NCBI GenBank assembly: GCA_000002445.1
Contig: CH464491.1
Location: 4,192,001-4,256,000, forward strand
Reading direction: 5' to 3'
Origin: Trypanosoma brucei
Lineage: Eukaryota
DNA length: 64,000 bases
The notes beneath the pieces are model-generated. The model was given only the letters and a program-made list of their open reading frames with translations, made no database searches and was not told the DNA's origin. Positions 32,158 to 43,020 of this stretch are shown one piece after another. The position numbers were made by a program, and so were the translations under genes. Each line of letters opens with the position of its first letter. The stretch's first letter is position 1.

Positions 32158-32826
32158 ATGACTCAGCAGCAACCCCCTACATATCAGCAAGTTGTCGGAA
32201 TAGTGGAAAGTTTTGGAGTAGAAGCAAATGCGACAATAGAACAATACCTCAGAAAATCACAAAGCAGCGGGTGGCAGACACTAATTCTCAACACCTGTAC
32301 GACACTAACAAATATTAGGCGGATACATGAAATTACTACACTACAACAATTACAGTTGATAAATTGCCAAGGTATTACTGATATCAGTGTCCTGAGGGAT
32401 TTCAGGAATTTGATAGCACTTGATATTTCCTATTGCAATAATATTCGTGTTTTTAATGTTCTGAAAGGTTGCATGAAGTTGAAGTTAGTTAATGTTTCTT
32501 GTTTGGGCGTTCAAGATGCGAGCTTTTTTGGTGGCATTACTTCACTTATGGCTGTGAAGCTTCGTTATTGTGGTCATTTAGGTGATACGTCTGCACTTAG
32601 GGGAATGAGTCAACTGAGGGCGTTCGACGTCACAGATTGTTATAATACTAGTGTGGATACAGATTTTTTAAAAACTCTTCCGTCATTGGATACAATCCAT
32701 ATGTCTGAGAATTGTGTTGATGATGCGATTCTTTGTGAAGTTAGAGGAAGAGGGGTGAACGTAAAAGAGGTGGAGTTGCCTTTGAAGGGGATGGGGCCCA
32801 AGCAACTTGGTGAAAAAATAGCTTAA
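32158..32826 (+). CDS. Leucine-rich repeat protein fragment, ESAG8/LRRP-like (222 aa; probably truncated or a pseudogene)
   Basis: About six ~24-aa repeats of the form L..L.L..C..ITD.S.L..(F)..L (LQLINCQGITDISVLRDFRNLIALDISYCNNI..., LKLVNVSCLGVQDASFFGGITSL, LRAFDVTDCYNTSVDTDFLKTLPSL). This is the cysteine-containing LRR pattern of the T. brucei ESAG8/LRRP1 family. It is the only sizeable ORF on the plus strand not lying antisense to a gene. Codons are strongly A/T-ending (aat, att, gat, tta, gga), unlike the flanking GC3-rich housekeeping genes. 222 aa is far shorter than family members (>600 aa). Confidence 0.6.
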   Translation: MTQQQPPTYQQVVGIVESFGVEANATIEQYLRKSQSSGWQTLILNTCTTLTNIRRIHEITTLQQLQLINCQGITDISVLRDFRNLIALDISYCNNIRVFNVLKGCMKLKLVNVSCLGVQDASFFGGITSLMAVKLRYCGHLGDTSALRGMSQLRAFDVTDCYNTSVDTDFLKTLPSLDTIHMSENCVDDAILCEVRGRGVNVKEVELPLKGMGPKQLGEKIA

Positions 32827-34696
32827 TGAGTTGGCTGTGGTTGAATGTCTTCTGTTGTGAGAATTTTTGCGGCGCTGCGCCACTTCGCGGAGTTTCACTA
32901 GTGTTTGTCTGGGTACCGAAGAAAGGGTTCGGGGAAGTTGAAAACTCTCACTATTTCGATAAGGGTGGTCATTGGAGGTACGGGTAGTGGACGCAGGGAA
33001 TATGGAACTAGACAAGGGCGTTGAAGTTTAACTCTTCTCTTGGGTTTGCTGTTGAGGATATGCAGTTATTAAGTCCCTCGAGAGAGCTTGAAGAATCGGC
33101 GTTAAATTTGTGGGGAGGTATCGGAAGATGCCATGGGTAATCTTCACTCGTCACAGAATTGATGTTGGGTTTAAACTAAAGACAATGCCGCGGATGGATG
33201 TTTTGCTACACTCGGCAATGTAAATGAAAATGACGATCGCAAAATTGGAACCCCTGTTGGTTGTGGAGTGTGGCAGTGCTGTGGTCGTCGGAACCTTGGG
33301 TGGTGCGGTGGTGCTCTTGGAGCTGTCGTTGGGTGGGGGTAAACAACCGCAAGTGTAAGGAGCGTCATTAGTGAGCTCCTTAGTTTTCGCAGGCTATTTT
33401 TGAACAGGGCTCCAACGACGACCGGTAGTTACGAAACCCTAGAAGCACGCGTGGACACGCTGAGATTGGGACTTCTCGTTTGTAAACCATTCACTTGCAG
33501 GTGCTCCAGGTTATGCGTGAATCACATGGCTGTTGGTGTCCTTCCACGCGAGTTGTAACGCATGATACTCCACTAGTGCGGTTTAAATGTTAAAAATTTC
33601 GGCGCACAAATTGCGGCGATGCGCCTCGAGGTTTGGGCATTGCAGGTCGTATAAACCACCATGAAGGGTAAGCGAGCCCTTACGGCGACAACATCCTTCA
33701 ACTTCCGAGGCACAACAACAGTTCTGCAGCTGCAGCCGCTTAAGTTTGTAATTAAGTCGCGATGGTGCGCGTCCCATCATTAGTAAATGCGAACGCGCTG
33801 AAGTGCTGGGGATCATCTTGGATATGTGCCGCCAAACGAGGATCCTACGATATTCCGAGGCGCCGGAGATGCGTTTCTACTAACGCGATCTACGGTATGA
33901 TGAGGCGAAGAAGTGTTGGGACGCAAAGGTCAGTGGAAGAGAGGTAAGGTTAACTAATCACCTGGGGTTAGTATTCCAGCGTGTGTGATCCAAATCTTGC
34001 CTGCAAAACATTTTAACCGATCCGCATGTGCCCATAAGTGTGTATACGGGTGCTGTTTTTGGTGGTGGGATTGGTGGCTATTTCCCACCTTCTTCTAAGA
34101 CTCTCTATATCCTTCTGCCAATCATTTAGTAGCGTTGGCGGTGAGTTAAACTAAGAAATAAACGGGCGAACACCCAGGTAGCCGGAGGTATGAGACGCGG
34201 ATAATTGTGGGGGTCTCTGCTTTCTGTGCTCATCGCAAGTTCGACAGCTTACGGAGCTGCAGTGGGGTGGCACTGGGCGAATTATTCCCTCCGCTCTTCT
34301 TCCCATGTAACGAAAAGGCCGGTTAAACCAAGGGATGGATGGATGTCGGCAGCGGGCGTATATCTGTTGCTTGTGGGTCCGAGTTGGCGGCAGCCTTTCA
34401 CGTATTTCCCACTGTTCGGTCTGGTCAGCGTGTTCTTCGGTGCTCGCATCGGGCGTTGCGAAGAAAAGATTGACGTGTTTTATTATAAGGTAGGGGTTCG
34501 GAGCCTTGGCGGATACACGCGTACGTATATGGGCCAAAAGAAGGGCCAGCGAGAAATACCCCCTTCCCGAGGAGAGCACCAGCTCGGCAAAGTTTCGATG
34601 CTCTCCCATTTCCGGAGTTATAGAGGCCGGGAAGGCCCAAGTGATGAAGCCGTAAAAGTATTTGGTGGAATAAGTGCTGTACACTTCATCGCTGAA

Positions 34697-36612
34697 TGTT
34701 TTGTTTTTTTTTTGGGGGGGGGCGTCACTCCGCCATATATATATATATATATATATCTTCCCCTGTTTGCAAATACGCCAGGTGGGGCCCACCTGCCTCA
34801 GAAATACTTGGCTACACTTAAGACGCTTTCGGCCAACACTACCTTGGGCCATGGTGCCACCCCACATCCCTTTACCTTCTGCTCCGGAGTAAATGGCATG
34901 CGGCAATCACATGATGTTTCAGTTATATCGGAAGAAGTATCCCGTATCTCTCCATCTTCAGGTGCCGTACGCAACCCACACAAGCGATGTTGTGGGAAGT
35001 GACGCCCTCTCTATCGGCCAGCCGGTTGGTTAAATTTAGCAAAGCTCTCGTGAACAACTTTCAGTAACGCACTTTCATGATGGCGCTCCCCCTCCTTGGA
35101 TTCATTCCATCTCTGCTCACTCCCTGTTGAAGAAGAAATGAGAGGCGTTACACGAGCCAGCGTTGCCATGTATTGCACGACTCTCCGAATCCGTTACTTA
35201 TTTGCGCTCATGCTCTTACTATTGGCATCATTGTTTGCTCAGTGAGAGTCCCTTTTCCTATTCCATTTTGCTGCGCAAATCCCTTTCAATTATCAACACG
35301 CTTGGATACAACTTGGCACCTAAAGCAAGTTTGTAACCGGTTTGGTTTCGGTCGCTATGAGTGCCTTAGCACGTATTTGCTGATGTGGCCCCATTGCTTC
35401 TTTCCCTTTTACTTCCTGCTATCCGTGCCGTCCGGAATCATCGTTCCCTTTTCTGTGTTTACGGACTCCCTCAAAACTATACAAATGTGTAAGAATGATC
35501 ATGAGGGCGCCGTGGCAATAAGGGCGTCTGTGTGCACAAGTGGCTTCGGAGCCATATTTTATTTCCCACCTACCCGTTTCTTTTCAGCCTGCCAATGTTT
35601 TCCCCGCCGTATGCTTTACTTTCGAGTCGAATCGAGAGTGAAGCAAATTGCACTCGCAACGTACCGCTGGATCACGAGTCCTCTCTTCCTTTGATTAGTG
35701 AGGTGGAAGTGTCGTGAATCCTTCAGGAGGTGTTACTAAGTTTGGTCCACCCTTTACCGACTTCCGCTGTTGATTCTAACGGCTGTATCATCCACATTCT
35801 CGGCTCCACCCTCCGGTGTGCTTCTCCGTGAAAGCGGCTAAAGTTACTGGAAATGATTGCATAAAAACCGCACAGGGACGATTCCCTCCACCACCGTGGT
35901 GAGTTGTACCTTCTCGGGGTGCTGCGATTTTGCCTCACGGTAACCTTCATAGTAATGTTCACGATTCGAGCCGGGAATATTATGGGGCAGTCTTTTCCCA
36001 CTCTCCAGCAGCAATGATGCCGCCCTCGTTTTCATTCCGGTCCGCCGCGCAGTGGGGAAAAGCGGAATGAATTAATACGAATGCGTATGCCTCTGCTGAC
36101 TAGTTTCATAGTCAGTCAACTTCCATGTGTGGCAGGCGGTTCCCACCTTGAATTCGAGTGGAGCTTGTTTTAAAGGGCTACAAAGAATGACATGTAGTTT
36201 GTAAAATATGGCTACTTTTGTCTTACACACGGATCCGTCCTTTATTTCTTTCCGGTAACTTTCACGGTACCATCTACAGTGACACACCCTCCCTGAACAA
36301 AAGTTGTATGATAATCTTCTGGCATTTCGCTACCCATCTACTCTTTTACTCGGCGTACCGAAGGAAACAATATTTGCACTGGAGGATGTTTCTGGCCTTA
36401 CAAATACATCTGTCCACAGTGATTTGTTTGCTTTTTTTTTCCTTTGTATCTACGATTCATCACTTTGTGTATGCACTACTTCCTTTTTCATTTGATTGGA
36501 GGGGGGGGGGGGGAGGGACTCATCATTTAGTCCTCATAGAGGAGGAAATGTTTATGTGCATTTCGAGGCCCCTCCCCCCCCCAAAAAAAAGAAAGCATGT
36601 GTCGCTTTTCTC
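34697..36612. repeat. Right arm of large inverted repeat (~1.92 kb)
   Basis: See left arm. Differences seen are a few SNPs (GWTKPSNTS vs GWTKLSNTS; LLLSVPK vs LLLGVPK), 1-bp differences in G/C homopolymer runs, and a different (TA)n length. Confidence 0.92.
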
Positions 36613-37245
36613 CAGTGTTTTAATTGTATATATCGCATCGGCAGTCGGCCCGTAATGATTGGAGTTGCTACTGAAGCAAAATGGGGATAATACCGGGTGT
36701 GCAACAACTTGGCTGTGATATGGAAAGGTTTTTTTTTGCCCGCTCATATCTCTTTTCTTCCCGATTCTCCTTTTTTTTTATTTCTTTCCCTCCGTTGGGT
36801 CGAAGCATATCCACAAACTCGCAGTATGGAATCTAAAGCAAACCAGTTGCATTGTTAGTTAATATGCCTTTTTTTTCCGCATTTCGCAACTCCTAAAGAA
36901 GCGTGAGCGCAAAAAGAAACCCGGCGGGAGCGGAAGTAGGAATAAGTGAATGTCGGCCACATCACATCTGCGCTGGGGCAACCTCTACACTGCAATTGTA
37001 CAAACGAGAAGTAAAATGAGAACCGGAAGGGTGAGAGAATAATTAACAAGAAAAAAAAAGGAAAACGGCTCCTACGAGACGACATATTCAAAAATATGTT
37101 GCATCGGTTGAGGTGGCAACACACCAACAACCAGTGGGACGGCAGGGCTTCGCATGACGAATGGGAGGAGACGCGTTTTCTTGAAGTTTCATTCCCCCCA
37201 AAATGTTATTCATTTTTCCCCTTTTTATGATGGTTTACATTCGAA

Positions 37246-37279
<34 letters not shown>
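37246..37279. repeat. (AAT)n microsatellite
   Basis: aataataataataataataataataataataat read directly. Confidence 0.95.
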
Positions 37280-37280
<1 letters not shown>

Positions 37281-37907
37281 CATCAACAATAGTTTAAGGA
37301 ATGTCCCTTGACAAAATATAAATACATGAAGAGAAGGATAGGAAAGGGAGGGGCTCATGTTGAAATGCAGCACACATTTATCATCATTACCGCTTTGTGT
37401 TTCATTCGATTATGGGACTCACTACACCTTTTTATCCTCCTTCATTGGGAACATGAAAGTCGATGTAAAGTAAAGTGAAGGAGACATAGCGGACATAAAC
37501 GAGTAAATGTTGAAACGCAATTCACTTTTTTCTTCCCACTTGGAAAGTCCCTCTGTTGTTCATTAGGTCGTCCCATATTCCTTTTCATTTCCTTCTCCCT
37601 TTACAAATAATAATAGTAATAATATATCACGCAAAAGTGAGTGATATACAAGTGGAAAATAAATAAATAAATAAATAAACAAATCCGAGACGCTCGATTT
37701 AAGGTACATTTCAAAAAAAAAAGGAAAAAAAAGGGATCATGGCGCTAACAGAAAAAGAAAAAAAGAGAAAACGCTTGTATCGTCTCTCGCACAATTTCCA
37801 AGGGGTCACTCTCACTAACATTTTCTACATTCATCCCCTCACTTCGTTTCATAACTCCCTCTTACTTTCCCCCTTTCTTTTTCCCTTCAGCATTTTAAAA
37901 GATTACA

Positions 37908-38306
37908 TCATGATGTTTGAGCGGGCCCATTCGATCCATTTTCAGGAGCTGCCGCCGTTGCACCAGCTGGCAGAAGCCCCAGTGGGGACGCGTGATCTGC
38001 AGGACCCCACTTCCGCAATGTCTCCAATTTTTCTTTTATTTCGCTCATCTGCTCTGCCAACCTGGAACGGGTTAACTTCACTTTATCCAACTTCGCCTTT
38101 ACGTCCTTTTCCGCCTTTTCAATTTCTGCTCTTTGCTTTGCAAGTTCCTTCTGTTTGTATTGCAGCTCCTTTGAGTTCTTCTCACACAAACCGTCTTCCG
38201 TCCTCATTTCCCCGAGGAGTTCGGTGAAGAGGTCCATGTTTTGCTTCCGGAACTCCGCCTCACGCCGTGAAATGACGGCTTGCATCTCAACAAGCTTGCG
38301 ATCCAT
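37908..38306 (-). CDS. Small coiled-coil protein (132 aa), hypothetical
   Basis: PTU-strand ORF. E/K/R/L-rich heptad-like sequence (KELAKQRAEIEKAEKDVKAKLDKVKLTRSRLAEQMSEIKEKLETLRK) with non-random composition. No homology assignable from memory. Confidence 0.4.
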   Translation of the reverse strand: MDRKLVEMQAVISRREAEFRKQNMDLFTELLGEMRTEDGLCEKNSKELQYKQKELAKQRAEIEKAEKDVKAKLDKVKLTRSRLAEQMSEIKEKLETLRKWGPADHASPLGLLPAGATAAAPENGSNGPAQTS

Positions 38307-38683
38307 AATTCAGAGTGTTTTGTTTGCCCTTGTGTTCTTTTTTCTTTCCCACTTCTCGTTCTCCTGTTTTGACTATTCACCAGCCTGTTTACTCTGCTAG
38401 TAGAAACGCGTTCCAAACGAATGAGCAGAAGGTTTCGCTTGCACACTAGCTCACAATTTCGGCTACAGTATAACTACGCTGTGGGATTGGATTCGTTAAA
38501 GTGTGAGTAGTCCTTTCCTCCTTTACGTCGCTAATGTTTGGTTTGCTTTTAAATAACAGAAACTTACACAGCAAAACGAAATGGAATAACCGCAAGTATG
38601 TTGTTGTTCAGAAAATGATTCGCTGTTGAGACGGCCTCAGTCGAACCACTTTGTACAAAAATACAAAGAGACGCATGTACATA

Positions 38684-38714
<31 letters not shown>

Positions 38715-38716
38715 AT
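38684..38716. repeat. (AAAT)n microsatellite
   Basis: ataaataaataaataaataaataaataaataaa read directly. A shorter (AAAT)n occurs at about 37658-37680. Confidence 0.95.
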
Positions 38717-39561
38717 ATATGTATTGCCTTGAATAGACCATACGTGCACATGTGAATAATACATATAACATACTGCCCATACATTGCGGGGACCAAATCA
38801 GTCACCGGACATCAAAAACAAAAACACAACACTGTAACGGTTTCTTCTACACGGACCAAACCATTTCCGTTCCTCTCCTTTGTCCCCCCTCTCTCTCTTC
38901 CATTACTTCTCAGGAAAGAATATATAAGGCAACTCCCTCCAACGAAATATGAACAAAGAAAATGAACTCCACACACCGTATCAAAAAACCAAATATATTA
39001 ATAATAATAACAATACAATAAATAAATAAAATTACACAGCAATGCAGAAGAGAAAAACTAACACGCAAAAATTTAAGCACATGCATTTTTTTCTTTTTTT
39101 CTTTTGCTACATTACATAGCATGATAGGAATGTGATTTAACAAACAAACAAAAAGATCTCATAGAAGTGTGGGGTGTGAGTGAGGAGGAGTGACGAGAAG
39201 GGAAGATATGGAAGAAGGGTGGCGAGAAAGAAGAGAAAAGAGAGGAAATGAGATGAAAGGCACCGCTCAAAAAACACAAAAAACAAGTGAGAGACTATCT
39301 TGTTGATATGCAACCCGCTGCTGCGTAACGTGCGTGTTTTCTCTTCTCTTCTTTTTTCTTTTTATTATTTTGAATCGGTTGACACTTGTCCATGCGCTAA
39401 AACACTTCCTCAGGTACCGCTGATGTTCTCCTCTTAGTGTTGTATCCCTCGATGCCAGCACACATATTTCATTTTCTCCTTTTCTCTTCCTTAGCATCTT
39501 TTCTGTTCCGCCTCGCCCTGTTCCAAAGGGTGTCCGCTTCACATCTTTCAATTATTCACTG

Positions 39562-41679
39562 TTACCTTTTCGCCATGAACTCTTTGCTCTTGCGGTAGAG
39601 GTGCACAAAACTCTGGTTAACTGAATTGGTGAGATAACTCGCATTGTGCTCTGTCTGACATAAGCTAATTAACTCCTGCGATTTCTTGTTGTTGTGCATA
39701 ATTGCTTTTAATTCCGGAGGCACTGATTTTTCGAAAGCAGCCACATCCACCAGAAAGGCCTCGGTCAAGCCGTAACTCGTCACGGTGTAGGTGTAGTGCG
39801 TCTTGAGAGAGGCGTATTCGTACGCCCCCAAGATTCGACTAATAAACAACTTGTCAGCAAGGGACCTCCGCCTTGAGATGCTTTCATAAGGACTCACAAC
39901 ATCTCCCCCCGGAGACGCGTCACCGGATACGGTTATCCTCACCGTAGCATATTCCCCCTCCTCGGTAGAGATGGTCGTCTCACAAACACCGCTATGTATG
40001 ATAACAAACCGCTGAAACTTTTGTCCCTGAATCACAAGCTTCTCATCGTTGAGGAAAATGGTTGGGACGCTCATCTCCCACATACGCATCATTAGCTGGC
40101 GCGTAAGACAAAATTGGATGAAAGGGTCCTTGGAAAGGGAACGAGGGACGGCACAGGGTTTCTCCACTTCCATCGCACGATGGGATTTGGCTGCTCCGCG
40201 GCAGTATAGGAAAGCTGCCGGTTCGCTCATTCCAACATCCATAAGAGCTTCACGGCTTATCCTCCAGATGTCACAATAGTTCTGGCTTATTATGGTACAC
40301 TTTTTTCGCTCGTTAACGCTGCAAGCGCACTCAAATATCCCCACACAACTGCCGCGCGGGACAAGGCGCTGGTTGCCGCTTGCCTCCAGGAGAACAGCAA
40401 CGCCATCTTGTATGAAGTAAGCGGAGGGGTCCAGCTCCGACTTGGAGAAGAGGTGATCATTATTGTGGAGGACGATGGGCTCCGCCTTGCTAATAATATT
40501 TTCCAGGGCGGCGTTGCTGAATTGCACAAAATAAGGGAAACTACGAAGAAATTCCACACGCAGAGGGAAAAACCTCTGCAAATTGGCGCGCCTCCTCACA
40601 TCTGTTGCTTCCCGCTGTTTGCTCTTGATTTCCTGGCTCAACTGTTGGGCGACCTCCTCGAACCCCTCGGGTGGCACGCTCCATACGCCAACATCGGTTT
40701 CACAAATAATCGACGCACTTCTCGGCTCCTTACACACGAGAGCAAACTCGCCCACATAACATGGCGGCGAAAGCGTAAAACAGGCTTTGCTATTCTCCTT
40801 GATGCGCCTCTTCCCCTTCTCTCGATCGTTCATGATCACCGAAATGGTTCCAGCTGTGATCATGTACATGCAACGGTCCACATCTCCTTCATGCATCAAA
40901 TACGAGCCCTCCTTCAGATACAGCGGCCGGGCCTTGTGTCCCAGTTGCTCTAACAATTTATTTGGCCATCCATCAAAAAACGTACCCTGCATTCGGTGAA
41001 TAATGGAGGGGGTTGGGAAAGGAATTTTGTCCAAATTGTCCCGCGTTAACTCCGCGGCTAGCATCCGTTTCCTCTGCACGGCCAACCGTCGTTTGATAAT
41101 CGGCAGTAGGCGGAACTTAATCTTCTCCATTGCTTCGTAGTCGCGCCGTTCTTTGATAAGAACAGTGAGGAAAACATGTGATGTAATAATTGTGTACCAC
41201 CTCGCCGCCCGGTGTTGGCGAACCTCCTCAATTAACACGTTCTTCAGATTTAAATGCCGCCTAAAAATGTACTCCCTTCTTGGGCGCTCATGTTCGTAGG
41301 CCGCGCGAAGCTCATTCTGTGCTCTAGCCTTAAGCTCGGCGCCACGCATTCTAACGTTTTCAAGGTATTCAACCTCGTTTCTTGCTTTTACATTACTGAG
41401 CCGTCGCAGGAAGTTCTCCTCGTTCAGCGGTTCGCACCTGCGCAGCCTAGAAACAATAGCTCTCTTTTCCCAGTCCGTGAAGACGCTGTTCATATTTATG
41501 TTCTCCACTATTTGGGCATACCGTCGCGAGCCTTGTCGCTGGGGCGGCAACGGGGGAACCGTGAAGGGTTGGACAGGCTCAGTGCCCTGAAGAATGTCAT
41601 CGCACGACGGCACGTCCGTTCGTGTGAGAAGCCAGTCATGATCACCCATAGCGTAGTCTGGGTATTCATAACTACCCAT
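39562..41679 (-). CDS. Cyclic nucleotide-binding domain protein (705 aa) with no kinase domain
   Basis: At least two cNMP-binding (CAP-family) beta-barrel signatures: YLKEGSYLMHEGDVDRCMYMITAGTISV...YVGEFALVCKEPRSASIICETD, and a second with FIQDGVAVLLEASGNQRL...GSCVGIFE. Neither the kinase GxGxxG...K motif nor the HRDLKPEN motif is present. Confidence 0.75.
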   Translation of the reverse strand: MGSYEYPDYAMGDHDWLLTRTDVPSCDDILQGTEPVQPFTVPPLPPQRQGSRRYAQIVENINMNSVFTDWEKRAIVSRLRRCEPLNEENFLRRLSNVKARNEVEYLENVRMRGAELKARAQNELRAAYEHERPRREYIFRRHLNLKNVLIEEVRQHRAARWYTIITSHVFLTVLIKERRDYEAMEKIKFRLLPIIKRRLAVQRKRMLAAELTRDNLDKIPFPTPSIIHRMQGTFFDGWPNKLLEQLGHKARPLYLKEGSYLMHEGDVDRCMYMITAGTISVIMNDREKGKRRIKENSKACFTLSPPCYVGEFALVCKEPRSASIICETDVGVWSVPPEGFEEVAQQLSQEIKSKQREATDVRRRANLQRFFPLRVEFLRSFPYFVQFSNAALENIISKAEPIVLHNNDHLFSKSELDPSAYFIQDGVAVLLEASGNQRLVPRGSCVGIFECACSVNERKKCTIISQNYCDIWRISREALMDVGMSEPAAFLYCRGAAKSHRAMEVEKPCAVPRSLSKDPFIQFCLTRQLMMRMWEMSVPTIFLNDEKLVIQGQKFQRFVIIHSGVCETTISTEEGEYATVRITVSGDASPGGDVVSPYESISRRRSLADKLFISRILGAYEYASLKTHYTYTVTSYGLTEAFLVDVAAFEKSVPPELKAIMHNNKKSQELISLCQTEHNASYLTNSVNQSFVHLYRKSKEFMAKR

Positions 41680-42171
41680 CTCTCCCCTCCCTTTTCTGAA
41701 TTACTAAAAATTTATCCAGCCAACCACCAGTTGTGGTTTTATCAATATTACGTACCGCTGTAGTTAGCCGCGCGTGCGCGCCTACCCGACGCTGAGGGCA
41801 GGGGAAAGAAAGAGAAGTGAAGAAGGTAGGATGAACGCAAATGCTAAGGAAGTATACGAGCAAGAAAGTGAGTTCCGATGGACGAAATGGGTAACCCCCG
41901 GTTACATGAATGGTATGGTGGCGATGCACAAAGCCAGTCGTGCACGTGAGTAACAAATAACGCACCGAATATTACAAATTCAATGTGCAGGAATCCAGTT
42001 ATACTGATTAAGACGATAATGTTTGCCTTTTGTCTTGGAGGTGGTGAACCTCTCTCACTGGCATCAAACTCTCCCTTTGCAGCAACTGCCAATCAAATGT
42101 CCGCACACGAACCCTCCATTGGATATGGTGTAACACAAGCAGCAGGAGGGACGAGCGAGTGTGAGTAAAAT

Positions 42172-42777
42172 TTATGCTCCATCATTGTCCGTGCACTTAG
42201 TTTTTCGCTTCACCTTATGCTTTACACGGTGCAAATCACTATCACTGAGTTCGTTAGGCCCGTTCCAGCGGCCCAACTTTTTCAGCGTCGCCTTCACCTC
42301 CTCCACATCCTCGGGCCGAATCCTGTCGTGGTAACGACGGATGAACTCCTCAAGACTCACCGGGTCAATATGATTGTGAGAAGCCCTGAGCGTGTCGGTG
42401 TCGTACTTGAAGAACATCTCATTGGACTTGCCTTTGCTGTACACAGGAATCAGCCCAGCGCGTATACCTTCATATATTTGCTGGCCGCGGATATTTTGCA
42501 GCTCTGCTTCCTCGGGGGAATCATTACGATGACACCAAAATTCAAACTTGGTTTGCTTCCATGCCGCCACTATAGTCTTGTGGTCCGTGTCAAACTTGCG
42601 TATATACAGTTTGAGAAGCTGGCGGTATAATAAAGCCGGTGAGATACACTTGAACTCTTTTGATGCAATCGGCCCCTCGGGTTTTGGAGAAATAAATTCT
42701 ACTTTACTCCGAAAAAGGGACGGATTACGGCGCATGAAGAAAAAAATTGAACAAGAATCTCCTAAGAAGTACAACAA
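42172..42777 (-). CDS. Hypothetical protein, possibly LYR-motif (Complex1_LYR-like) family; start likely at an internal Met
   Basis: PTU-strand ORF. Segment ALLYRQLLKLYIRKF resembles the L-Y-R/K motif of LYR proteins. Weak evidence. Confidence 0.35.
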   Translation of the reverse strand: MLYFLGDSCSIFFFMRRNPSLFRSKVEFISPKPEGPIASKEFKCISPALLYRQLLKLYIRKFDTDHKTIVAAWKQTKFEFWCHRNDSPEEAELQNIRGQQIYEGIRAGLIPVYSKGKSNEMFFKYDTDTLRASHNHIDPVSLEEFIRRYHDRIRPEDVEEVKATLKKLGRWNGPNELSDSDLHRVKHKVKRKTKCTDNDGA

Positions 42778-43020
42778 CTAAAAAGAAACCAAACACTCTT
42801 ACAGTTTCCTAAATAAACAATAAAAGGGAGAACGGGTGACATAAAGAGCTCACAGAATGCACATAACAACAACCTACGAAACTCGCCGGTATTATTAAGA
42901 ATCAACAGTGGAAATGCGCCGTACCATACTCTTACAAAGTAAACCCTCCGATTCCCACCACCCCACCCTCAAGGCGGAAGTAAGCACATCCTTATCGCTG
43001 CTTCTGTGGGGTTTTGCTCA

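Noticed and set aside
34151-35002. 251-aa and 265-aa ORFs crossing the right arm boundary
   Set aside because: Both run through the (TA)n tract (translated as IYIYIYIY) and the homopolymer runs, and span repeat and non-repeat sequence. Artefactual.
28290-37900. Island interpreted as an ingi/RIME, SLACS or other retroelement, or a DNA transposon
   Set aside because: No reverse-transcriptase, endonuclease or transposase-like ORF on either strand. No recognisable ingi/RIME 5' signature. No poly(A) tail plus target-site-duplication arrangement could be identified. Only a 'ggccagtac' 9-mer at about 31707 weakly recalls the RIME 5' end, which is insufficient.
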